Assembly: GCA_013239625.1 (NCBI GenBank)
Contig: MU053365.1
Span: 783,566-847,565, forward strand
Length of the DNA: 64,000 nucleotides
Source of the DNA: Lama guanicoe
Lineage: Eukaryota
Direction: 5' to 3'
Each line of letters starts with the position of its first letter. The stretch's first letter is position 1. Below the pieces are notes generated by a model. The model ran no database searches. It saw nothing but the letters and a program-made list of their open reading frames with translations, and was not told where the DNA came from. Below, piece by piece: positions 12,291 to 24,560 of this stretch. The translations under genes and the position numbers were made by a program.

Positions 12291-13739
12291 GAAATGCCAC
12301 ACATGCGTACTCCTCTACCTAAAACTCCGCGAGGTAACCTCCACTCGACTGGAAAGCGACTCTCCACCACCCGCCACCCCCCTTCCTCTCCCCATCAAAG
12401 CTCAGTCACGTGTGGGGTCATCGCTCAGGGCAGAGCCTAGAGGACACTGGTTTGTAAAGGTCCCTCCTGACAATCAGTAAACGCCCCATAGTCATGTACA
12501 ACTCCTCCTGCACGGCAAGCACGACAGGCCACCGTCCAACTCCATACAATAAACTTCTTCACGCAAAGGCTGTCATCTGTCACCCACACTGATGCTCAAG
12601 GTGGCTCTCTGGAAGAACACAGCTGGCTCTGTTTGGTCTCATTAGCACAGTCCATACTCCTGTGCCAAGACTAGACCAAAACAAAATGGACTCTAAAATC
12701 TCTTTAATAGACTATTCCCCCAAGTCAAGATGAGTCTCTAGTCTGGAATCTAAACTAAATATTACTAAAAAGCATTTGGTAGCAAGAAACTATTCATCTC
12801 AGGGTGTCCCATGAATAGCTGTGACAACAACGTGTGAAAAAATTCTTCTCTAATTTAGAGTCCCTTTAGCAAAAAGAATGTATACGTACAGCAGAATTCA
12901 GGGCTTTACAATAACTCATCAATACACAAGACAGGAAGTGGTCTGTCGAACACCATCAGAAGGGCCGCAGCACTCAACAATGCAGTGCAGTGTCACGGGC
13001 CCTGGATTGTGACTCCCGTGCAGCAGGTGGAAATAATGAGTACTAGACACTGAAGACATTATTCAAGGCACTGCTGGGGCAGCCTAGCTTCCTGGCAGCC
13101 ACAAAGAAAGCCAGATGCCCTGTGCCATGCGTTTCACCATATGATTGATGACTCAAGCCCTTTCAGAATAGTGTCTTTGGAGATGGTTTGCTTTGGCTGT
13201 GGCCAATCCTCTTTGTCCTGTCGACGTCCTCCACATAAATCTCCTGCACGAATCAACCAGGGCAGTGGTCCTGAAGGGTGGGCAAGGGGGATCTGTTTTT
13301 GGCATCTTAAAGAGGGCTGTAATCCCTGTAATAGGAAGGATCTTCAGATATGAACTTGGGCACCTTGGAGAAACAATGGACCTCTGCCCAGTTATCATCT
13401 GGCTTTAAGCACTGAATGCTCTGACTCCAGGGGCCATTTATGGACTGGCCACCACGATATGCCCAGTGCCCGGCCCATGTAGACAGCCACCACATATCCG
13501 ATGAATGAAGGAACGCATGAATGCCCATCCCCCTCTCCAGGAGACCCAACACTTAGGACGTCACGCACTGCAAAGTGGAGACTGTGAGCATTCAAGGACA
13601 TGGGGGCAGAGTGGGAAGCTATTAGGAGCCAATCCCCATCTTGCAAGAGGAGGCGATGGTCGCAGCCAGGGGAAAAGGGGCTTTTCACACCAGCCCAGAG
13701 GTGGCCAGTGTGGAGCAACATCTCAGGCCTTGTCTCTGA

Positions 13740-13976
13740 GGAGCTGGATCACAGTGCAGTGTTTCCGTGCCAGGGTTCAAACCCCAGTTCTGCTACTACC
13801 TAGGCGACCTGCCTGTGTGATCTTGAGCGAGTGACAGCCTCTCTAGGCCTCCATTTCCGCAACACAAAAATGACAGTTGTGAACACGCCTACTCCCTGCC
13901 AAGGTTATAGAAGGTTGAAGAGCTCACATGTGGAAAGTGCTCAAGGGAGTGCCTGACGTGCAGTAGCCACTCAATA
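13740..13976 (+). mobile_element. MIR SINE, near full length
   Basis: ggttcaaaccccagttctgctact...tgtgtgatcttgagcgagtgac...aaagtgct...gtgcctgacgtgcagtag...ctcaata. Confidence 0.85.
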
Positions 13977-16900
13977 CGGGGGGCCCACAGTCACCTCCCA
14001 AGTGTGGGCCAATATGGCAGTGGAGAGAGAGATGCAGTTTCCCAGGGGGCACCAGGGTTCCACATGAGTCATCTGATTCCTTCTGGAAAAGCTCCTGTTA
14101 GTCTTTTGAGCCTCTTGAGTTCCCATATTGTGGCCATTAAGGGGGAAGATACCCAGAGGGAGGTTTCCCTGAGCAAAGGCTGTTGAGGATCTGCTTGTCA
14201 ACCGAGCTTCTGAAAAAGTGTGTGTGGTCAAGGTGGCGAGGCCTTGCCCTGCTCTGTCAGCCCCCGGGCCTGGCCGCCTCCCACCCGCGGATCTAGACCG
14301 GGTGGCTGCGAGTCTCTCCAGGCAATTCTGGGACATTCTGCCCCAAGCAATGAGAACACGGTGAACACAGGAGGGCTGCCCTCAGACCCACGGGGCGCTG
14401 CCTGGGCTGAGGAGAGTATAGCTACCCTGTGTGGCCTTCAGGGCAGAACCACAACCAAGGGCCGGACGCTTCCGGAGCCCTTTCGCACTGACGATGGAAT
14501 TTGTCTCAGAACCGCCCAAACAGGAAGGCGCGAGCTGTCTTGAGAGGTAGTTTAACTCTCCTCCCATTTTCTTTTTTGGACCAGAAAAGGTTGGGTAACC
14601 AATGGCAGGGAGGGTGAGGGAAGGGCATCGCCAAGGAATTGGCCTCACTCTGATCCCCCTAAGGTCTAAAGCTCTAGATGCTACATACCCGCTGGGATGT
14701 GGGTCTGCGAGCAAGGCTTAGGGGAAAGCAGATGGCGTTTCTCCTCTCACCTTTACCCTCACGCACTTCATGAGAACTGAGACATACCTGCATGTATCAT
14801 TTTGCCCACACACCATAAGTAGTTCACATTGATTCATGAAAATTGATTATATTTCTTTTTTATATGTTGATAGCTTTTACGATTCTTACAATTCATGTTT
14901 TAAACGAGAGATGATGATTATGTAGGGAAAGAAATCGTGGCTCACAGAGAGCCTTAATTCTCCTGTTAATCATTACAGAAAGATACAAAGTATCAGTACT
15001 GATGCTACAAGGCTTCATCATCCATTGTCTATTTATGAAAATTCAGCCTCACTATTAAACACCCAAAATATAAACAAGTGTGGCTTAATCTGTCAAAGCA
15101 AAATGACTAGAATTTCCGGTATCTTTCCATTTCACTGAAAATGAAGGTCTAATAATTTGACAATTTAAACTCAAGATGCCTTCTTGGACTTTTAAAATTG
15201 ATGGGGCATAAATCTCCATTAGTCACAATAGTTTGGGACCTGAAACTTGGAACTCACTGGAACAGCGTGCAAGATATTAAATGCTTCTGCCCCTTGAATA
15301 TGTTATTTCCCCTTTTTTTCCAGTGAGGAAACAGAGCAATCTCTCTATTACCCTTTCCAAATAAACTCATGAAAGGTAAAAATTGTTTTTTTCCTCTAAG
15401 AAAATGTTTCATTTCGTCCAATCTCCTCATTCAGTGTTCACTACATTCACTACAGCCCTTTAAACATTTCTCTAAAAAAATGTACAAATAGTCTTTAGGA
15501 GAAATTAGTCCAACGGCTCCCAGAAAGCAGTGTTGTTTTTTCCCTTTCCAAACACTGCCCTAAGTATCCCAGCTCACTAATAAAGGGTAAACAAGTCTGA
15601 AAACTTATCAGATGTAACAGATATGATTCAAAGGAAGACAATGAAAAAGGACAGAGATGTTCATGCAACGGGCTGTCCTGTTCTAAATGCTATTAGATCT
15701 ACCCAAGGAAGTGAATAAAACTGTAACTGCTAAGCCATTTACAGGAATAAATGTCAGGAATTCCAAAGACGGCAACAGAAGGGGAGGTGATAGAGTACGG
15801 AGGCCTTCTCCCTGCTGGCTGCCTGCCCGAGTTGAGCTGGGCTCGGGGCGCACTGAGAGAGGTCCCCGAATTCACAGGGGAGAGGCAGCAAGTGGAAGGA
15901 GCCCCATGATACAGGCCAACGCCACGTGGGATTTCCTAGCCCCAGTCACCGCCGCCAAAATGCAGCATTACGGCTGGAGCACCTTTTGAGAAGACAAGTA
16001 ACATCAGCACTTCATTCAGGAAATCCAGATGCTGGAGCACGTGGGAACTAACACGAATTCACAAATCTCCATTTCGTGACCCACCACCCCCCCCCGCCCC
16101 ACACATCCCACAGGGTAAGGCTGAAATTCGCAAGAGAGACGGTGATGGAGACCAAAGTCACAGCACGTGGGCAAGAAAAGGAAAGAAAAGGAAAGATGAG
16201 GCATTAGAAAACTGGGGGAAAAGCTCTCGCGTGGGCATTGCACCTTTTCTTCTGTTCTTATCTCTGTCTGTTCAACTTTGTGTGACTGGTGTGTACACCT
16301 ATGTGGCTTTCTGTTTAGCGGTGGTGGTGGTGTTAAATGAATGTGTGTCTATGAAATAATGAAAGTCACATGAACCCCAAGAACCTGGACCATTCCTGTG
16401 AAGTCACATAGGCACCTCTCTAATTCCTGTGAACACTGGCAAAAAAATTAATTAAAGCTCCATGAAGATTTATGAGTGGACTCTCTTCCCAACTTCTGCC
16501 ACTGTAGCTGGGTGAGGCAGCTTTACTAAAACATCTCTGAGATATGCCGTGAGCCATGAAGTTTCTGACTCGCATATCATTTATGATACCCCTGGGGAGC
16601 AGGCCTGCCTCGGAAAACCGAGGCCCAGCACCCATAAGGTTCTCATTACATACAGGAATGTGCCAGGCCAGATGCACTGGGGGTTGTCAAGCTTTGCAAA
16701 CTCTCCCCACCAAAAAACTCATAAATTTTGCAGAATATATTGCTTTTCCTTGAATTTTTATGATTATGTTCAATTTCAGGAAACTTACCCCATACTTCAT
16801 CGTTTACCTTTGTTTTTAAGAGTTATTTGACGTCTGTGAAGTTCTATGAACTTTCTACTAATCATGTTTTTCAAATCTTAAAAATATCAACCCACATATT

Positions 16901-19092
16901 TCCAGCCAGCCATGAATTTAAAACCTCTCCCCTTCTTCTAATGTTGGTATGCAATGGCAGGCTGAACAGATTTCTGTCTCTCTGTTGGATAAACTCATCT
17001 TCCACTAAGGCAATGAACCTAAAGAAAGATGGCAGTAACGGTGATCAGACTATACAAGGTGGTCAGGTCTTGGCATTGAAATTGGATTGGAGGGGTGACA
17101 TTGTAAGGCTCATAGGGATGTACGCCCCTGGAGCTCCCACTGCAGCATTTACAGCCCAAGGAAAAGAGTCTCCAACCCCAGGGTCAAGGGGAAGGATGTG
17201 ACTGGAGATGGTAGGTTCAAGTTGGGCATAGAGGTCAAGGTGGGTGGCTTCCCACACTATAACTTGATATAGTAAATTTTAGTGATTTCAGTACTATTTT
17301 ACTAAAGTTACTTTTAGTAGTACATATTTTAGGCTGGAATGTTTAACCAATCTTAAACTGGTTACCAACCAAAAATGAACTCGTTCAGCTAATTGTGTGT
17401 AAGAAGGGACAGTGTCTGTAGCCCCTTTCACTGCCTCGCTGTACCTATGGTAGTTCTTAATTCGACACCCAAACCAGAAAGCCTTCCTTCCACACACCAG
17501 AGACCCAGAGGCAGGGCAAGGGCTATAGGATCCAGTCTCACCTGATGAGAGATGAAGCTGGCAACGTAAAGCTCCCACTCAACTACAAACATTTTGGATA
17601 AGAAGAAACTAAGGAGCCAGATGTAATCCTGTGCTAAATCAGATTAGGAGAAGCAGACAAAATCACAACTTTATTCAATGTGTCATTTATCCCGGGTGAC
17701 TAATGCATTATTTGTATGAAGTTAAAATTGAGCTTTGAGAAACTATGAAATAAATCAAATGCCCTACTTTATGTAATTTTAACGGACAGATCCCATTAGG
17801 ATTCTACTATGCATAGCTGTTGGTTAAAATCATTGACCAGTATCCTTATAAATTAATCAACTGAGGTAATACCTGCTCGGCTGTCATCATTCGCTACTAA
17901 TCTACATTTAGAATTCACTTTAACTTTTCAAGCCTCTTGAAATAGGTTCATCAAATTTCCATTTTTTGTTCAAAATACATGAGTAAGTGTGATTGTTTAC
18001 AAAAGCCTGTATGGTAGAAGTCTGCCACTGGTGTCATTTTTCAGTGGCATTAGAGTGTGCATTGGCATTTCATTATAATTTCAGGATAAAATGCTAATCA
18101 GAATCAACCATAATGGTCTTCATCATTCTTGACGGGAACTTTTACCATCTGCAGTCTGAATACATGTGCACTGCCGATGTTTAAACTGTTACAGAACTTC
18201 AAAACCAATTGGCCAAAATGTGTAATTGTGGCAAAAGGAATATAGTTAATATGTAATAGTTAACTTTTTAAAAAAGAGCATCATGGCTCTTGTGTTCTTC
18301 CTGGATCTTTAATACTTGGATATGTTTCATTTCTGATTATGAGACCTAATTTATTAAAAATCCATAAGTACCTATCATTTCTCAACAGCTTTTATCTATC
18401 TTCCTTGACCTACATCTTCTGAACTTTAAATATGTACTATGAAAACAAAAAATAACATTTAGAGGTTGTTTCCAACATTAATTTCGATTAATCTTGAAGT
18501 GTGACATTGCCCATCAACTCTGATAGAGCTGATGCCCAGCTCCGTAAAGGCAAGGAGGGAGCACCTATCTTTGGGGGTGCTGGTTCATTAAGGTGATGTG
18601 TGGAAAGCACATGACATACCCTCGGCAAATACTAGTTCTCTTACTCTATCAAACCATCTTAAAGAGTTCTTAAAAATGAACACACATGGAAACTTTTCTG
18701 CACATCCTTGGGATGAAATTGCAATCTGAATCCTCCAGAGGCATAAATAGAAAATGTGTTCAGTCTAAAAATATATGTTAGGAAAACCCAAATCCTAGGT
18801 TAGCCTTCAAAGAAGGAACTATTTTTAAAAGAAAGAAGGAAAGAAACAAACAAACAAACAAAAACAAGGCATCTAGCTCAGCGGAAACAATGCTAAATAG
18901 CATGGAGGAAAATACTCAGCAAATGGTGAAGGTGTGCTCTCCTCCCTCTTGGTACTAGATAAAAGCCTCATTCTGGTGACAGTAGCAACGTAAGGCACCT
19001 TTAAAAAAAAAAACTCTGCATTGTTGTAGATACTAAATGCAGGTATACCTCACTAAAAGAAAATGCTATGGGTAACAATCTAAAATCACAAA

Positions 19093-19423
19093 TTTGGGGG
19101 AAAAAAGAAAAGACATTAATGAACTTATCTACAAAACAGAAACAGACTCATAGACATAGTAAACAAATTTATGGTTACCAAGGGGATGGGGGTGGGAAGG
19201 GATAAATTGGGAGTTCAAGATGTGCAAATACTAACTACTATATATAAAACAGATAAAAACAAGTTTATAATATATAGCACAGGGAACTATATTCAATATC
19301 TTGCAATAACCTATAATGAAAAAGAATATGAAAACAAATATATGTGTGTATATGTGTGACTGAAACATTATGCTGTATGCCAGAAATTGACACATTGTAA
19401 CTGTATAGTTCAATAAATAAAAA
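19093..19423 (+). mobile_element. 5'-truncated artiodactyl-type L1 3' UTR with 12-bp TSD
   Basis: aatgaacttatctacaaaacagaaacagactcatagacatag...tatagcacagggaactatattcaatatcttg; A-rich tail; TAAAATCACAAA at 19081-19092 and 19424-19435. Confidence 0.93.
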
Positions 19424-19716
19424 TAAAATCACAAACCTGATAAGTTTTGGGTTGTTTGGGAGAGATTACCCTCATCAAGAAAGAATTTCCCTCAGGATTC
19501 CCAGCAAGCAAAGATGCACAAAGAGAGATTTACTTTATAAAGCTTTAATAAGCATGCTATTTCAGGAATATGTCTATTGAACACATCTACCTATACCTAC
19601 CTGTCTGACCTGATCATAATTTTCGCTCTTCTCTGAGACCTCACTCCTGCATCTCTGAACTCTCTCTTCACAAATTTGGTCACACAAAGCATTAAGACAG
19701 TTATAGTATATCAACC

Positions 19717-19840
19717 CATTTATTTATTCAACAAAAAGTAACTGTGCACCTACTGTGTGCCACTGTCCTAAGCTCTGCAGATGCGATGGTAAATAATACA
19801 CCCTGAAAAAACTCCACGCTCATCGAGCCCACGTTCAGTG
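19717..19840 (-). mobile_element. L2 3' end
   Basis: catttatttattcaacaaa...tgtgcacctactgtgtgcc...ctgtcctaagctctgcagatgc. Confidence 0.7.
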
Positions 19841-20079
19841 CACCTCCCTCCCAAGCACCGAATCTGATGCTTACACCAAAGAGGAGCAGAATCGAGCATC
19901 TCTTGTTGGAGTAGATAGCGGGTCAGTTACACCTTATACGTGGTTATGGACTTAAACCCGATGCTGGTTGGTAAATACTAAAGATGAGTGACAAAGGCCT
20001 CATCAGCCTAGTCTGCTGCAGAGCCCCGTGGCACACAGGGCTTGCCACTATTCTAGCATTTCTCCCAAGGTATCATCAT

Positions 20080-20270
20080 GGGATAGCAGAGTAGCTAAGT
20101 GTTCGCATGGCCCGTGTGTTAATTTCAGCTCTGCAATATACTATCTGTGTGACCTTGGGCAAGGAGCTGAACCCCTCTGTCCCAGGTTTCCTGCTCTGTA
20201 AGATAGGGAACTCAGAAAGCACAAATCAGAGCCTGTCAATAGGAAATGTTAGCTGTAATGAATATTTTCA
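20080..20270 (+). mobile_element. MIR SINE
   Basis: Core ctgtgtgaccttgggcaaggagctgaacccctctgtcccaggtttcctgctctgtaagatagg. Confidence 0.8.
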
Positions 20271-21439
20271 TTCAATATTATTAATATGACTCATTACTAT
20301 GGCTTCCCACCTAGACATAGTATTTTGGAGACGTAGCGCAGAGCCCAAACAGATCGCATACGTGGACGGTGCTGCACTCTGAATTGGCTGCATTAGGTTA
20401 TTACTCTGGGCCAGACACCAGAAACACAGAAATAAAAGACATGTTCTCACCCTTCAAAACAACTCAAGTGCACTGGAGGTCTGTTTAGGGCAATATGGCA
20501 GCACAGAGGAAGGTGTCTAACACAGCAAGAGTATGTGAGTTTTGGGGGAAGGAGGCAGGAGGATTGTAGCCAGTGGCTTCGCAGAGACAGAGCTGAGACT
20601 CGAAGGATGCGGTGGCCAGACAAAGAATTATTTGGTGGCCAAACAATTCATCATAAACACAGATGCAGACACAAATCAGATGGTATCAAGGCACCAACTT
20701 ACTCTTCAGGAAAAAGAAAGGCAAAGGGGAAAATATCAATACACATCTTCCAGAAAAATGAGCTAACTTTTTTTTTTAAAAAGGAGAAAGAACAAAAGAA
20801 GAGGTATATCTGGGTACATCTCAAGAGCCACGACATACCCTTCTTTTGAAAATAGCTATTTTGCCAGCAATTGTGCCAATTTACAAACATTTGTTTCAAC
20901 TGATTAGGGAAAACAAACTTTCATTTGGTATTTCTTTGAAAAATGTTTACATAAATATTTACATAATTCCGGCAGTCAAATAATTGTCAAGCGTTTTGTG
21001 GTTGTCCCTCAGCAAATGGTGGTCAGCAAAACATAACGTCAGCAACTATGAGGTGAACGTGAGCTGCTATCCAACCAGATCAGTAGGGATCCAAAGGCAA
21101 CTGTTTAATAGTGAGTGTTGGCTGCTCCTGGTCTTCTAAACAGCCCACATTTCTGGCTTGCCATTTCACTCTGGACTGGGCTAACGGTATTAAAAGGGTT
21201 TCTTGGGCCAAGCCAACGAGGATTGCATCTCCTCCTCTAGTTCACATTCTCTCTCTCTCCCCCCAAATTCCTATTTTACTTCCATCCATGTCACACTGTT
21301 TCCCCAAATCCAGCTCTACATTCCAGTGTCAAGTCAATGGGGCCAGAGGTCATCTTCCACATTCCTTTCATCTCCTCCTAAAAGTGACTGCCTAGCAAAC
21401 CCCTGGGCACAGAGCTGGTACCCAAGGCAAACAGTTCTT

Positions 21440-21600
21440 GAGAGACTGACAAATCCTGGACTGGGGCACAAGGGCTCCCGACCCTGCTCTGTCACGTAGG
21501 GAATGTCGGTCCCTGGGCAAGCTATTTTCTCTTCCTGGGCCTCAGTCTCCTCATCTGGGCCGGATTATCCTGAAGGGCCCTCCAGTCTCAAAACACTAGA
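21440..21600 (+). mobile_element. MIR/MIR3 fragment
   Basis: ccctgggcaagctattttctcttcctgggcctcagtctcctcatctg. Confidence 0.65.
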
Positions 21601-23544
21601 TTCGAGGAATTGATTAATGTCTACACCCCAGAGCCAAGGCTTTTGCCAGCAAATAAATAACGGCTAATTGATGAGATCTCTCCACGATTCCGTGACACTT
21701 CGTCTGAAACATCCCTCATGCTGGAATTTAATTTTGTTACTGTGGCTGTGCCGACCTGGCATGAAACCACCAGTCCCTTTGGAAAATTAATTTATTTTAA
21801 AACAGTAGTTGACCGACATCCTGGAGGGAGAAATCAAGCCTCTGCGATTGCATTTCACACTGTTCACCTGATAGCTAGGTCACCGTGTACATACTGCCAC
21901 AGTCAGAAGGTTAAACTGTCCTCATCACACTCTCCTTCTGAGGCTGGTTTGATCAAATCACACTAGAGACTCAAAGACCCAGCAGACATCAGGCTCCTCA
22001 GAAACTTCCCCCAGAGATCGTTAAAGCCGAGATTACAATTCCAGCACCGCTGCAAGATAAGTGCGGTTTTATTTTTTATTTCTATAAACAACAAACCACT
22101 TCAATGCTACCTCCAGGAGATATGTTGCCTACAAAACACAAAATCCAGGTTCCAGAAACACAGTTTCATCAAGAATACCAAGTGAAGCAGTATCTGCCAC
22201 TGAGATCTGGTTTTCACTGAAGACGGTAGACGATGCAGAGTACTATTATTTGGAAATCTAACAAAACAACCCATTCTTTATAGGATGGAAGTGATGTGTT
22301 TTTTCTTTTCCTTTTTTCCAGCAAAATGAACATTGAAAAAATAAACAGATAAGTGATTTTGAGTTTGTAATGAAAACAAAACTTGTTTCCTTAGCTTATT
22401 TCCCAACGTGTGGCCTTTATACCCTCCCAGACCAGCACACGCCTATGAAGAACCAAATCAAAGAGTATTTTAAATCACTGGCTGATTTTCTTTTTCAAAT
22501 GAAGGAAAATGCACAGGTATATAAAAAAAATAGCATTCCATAAACCAGGCAATCCATAATCAAAATCAGATTCTTGCTGTGGTGCTATTGTCAGCCCTGC
22601 TTAAATCATGCCATTTTATTTAAGCACTCAGATAATTTTTCTCAGCTCAGTAAGTAGGTGGATGTTAGCAGCTAAGGTCATCGAAAAGATTTACTTTAAA
22701 ATAAATTCAACAATTCAGAGCATCACCCTCTCCATGGTATAAAGTGTGCCCCACTTTGAACATGCATATAAAATTTCATTAAAGTGCAACATAAAAGTTT
22801 TACATTAGAGGAACCCAGTGCTGGACCTTTGTTTAACAGTCATGATAATTTATGGCATGGATCTGCTACAGTTAAGTAGAAAAACAGCCTTCTCATGATG
22901 AAATACAAGTCATAAAGGCTGAAACTCAAGGAAAGCTGGAGGAATCCCAACCCTCCAACCACTCAAGTCTTCTTCAGATTTTTGTCACACATTCTTCTTT
23001 AACGTTCTCCATACAGATTGAGACACAATACCAGTCCTGTCCCCCTATACCGTCAGAGCTGGGGATTTTTCAGTTCTAAGCATATCTTAGAATTCACAGA
23101 AATGTATCTTTTCAAGCACACTGATAAATAACAGGAGTTCTAATTTTGCACTTTCCTACTGAGCTTTGCTTTTTTGGTAACCATCGTTCTTTCTCATGAC
23201 TTTCTGCCAAAGAGACCAGACTGGCTAATAGACCTTCAAAAAATTACAGACAATTAAAACACTACCAGACAGGCAAAGGGCCAATATTATCACCAGGATC
23301 TACTAAGCAACTATCTTTGAAAGACAGGAGCGTTTGCATAGAACACTCTTTGAGCTGATGGAGTTCTAATATCAATCAACAGATGATCAGTTGAGCGCCT
23401 GTAATGAGAAAGGCGCCAAGCTAGATGATGCGATAGGGTGGGACACCATTCCCTGGGAAGCAATGAAGATATTAAAACATAAACGACTGAAGGGAACAGT
23501 AGTGACGTGGTGAAAAAGAGCCATAAACACAAGTCCTAAGACCA

Positions 23545-23710
23545 TCCACACGTTGTGTAAACTTAAGCAAGTCACTTAACCTCTCTGAACTTCAGTTTTC
23601 ACAGCTACAAAATGGAGCTAGTAAGACCAGTCCTGACAAGCCCACATGGTTATTGTGAAAACCAAATCAAACAATACATGTGGTAAGTTATAAAGCTTTA
23701 GACAGAAATG
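23545..23710 (+). mobile_element. MIR SINE
   Basis: gcaagtcacttaacctctctgaacttcagttttcacagctacaaaatgg. Confidence 0.8.
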
Positions 23711-24164
23711 TCATCTACCTCCTACCCCCAGATTTGAGGCTCCCAATTAACCAGACAAATATACTATGGTCTTCTTTAAGTGTCAAATCTTCAAAATTAG
23801 GGCATTCAAATTTAAATGGACAGTTCTCAAGGACTTGAGTTTTGCCATATGTATATATTATATGGAAAATTATATACATATTATATACAATAGACATGAA
23901 TGGCAAATTATACACATATATATTATAATTTGCCATTCATATATTTTCATTAAAGGGGCATCCATAAAAGAAGTGGTAAGAGATTGTACCAGTACATAAA
24001 TTGTTCTTTTTTTAATTAAAAGGAAAAAACCAAGTTCCATGGCTAGTTGATTACACGGTCATTCCACAGACTTTTTTTTAACACAATCAATATGCACAAT
24101 CCAATCAGTTTGTTTCAGTGAGAGCTAAATGCTCGAGCCCCCAGAGTAACAATAAATAACAGGC

Positions 24165-24560
24165 AATGAGGTTTGGTGGAAAGACACCTGAGCTGGAAAT
24201 TGGGAGATGTGGATTTCTGACCTAGCCCTCCTCCTAACCAGTCTGTGTGAACTTGGGTGAGTCAATCAACCTCCCTAGGGCTGTCTGTTCATCTGTAAAA
24301 TGGGAATAACACCAGCACATTCTCATTCACAATGACCGCATGAGATGATGTATGGGGAAGGATTCCACGTGTTGGAAAGGCTCAGACAAAATGCCAGTTG
24401 CTGCTAGCGTCAGCTCCATCTAGGCTGGAATCTGGGTTGCATCACTGAGTTGCCGGAGCCTCCATTTCTTCATCTGAAATGGAGCTCATAACACATCCTA
24501 TCTCATAAAGTTGTCTGAAGGATTAACTGGGGCTGAGTATTTAAAGTACTAGCTACTTGG
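24165..24560 (+). mobile_element. Two adjacent MIR fragments
   Basis: MIR cores at ~24244-24305 (tgtgtgaacttgggtgagtcaatcaacctc...catctgtaaaatggg) and ~24456-24485 (agcctccatttcttcatctgaaatgg). Confidence 0.75.
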
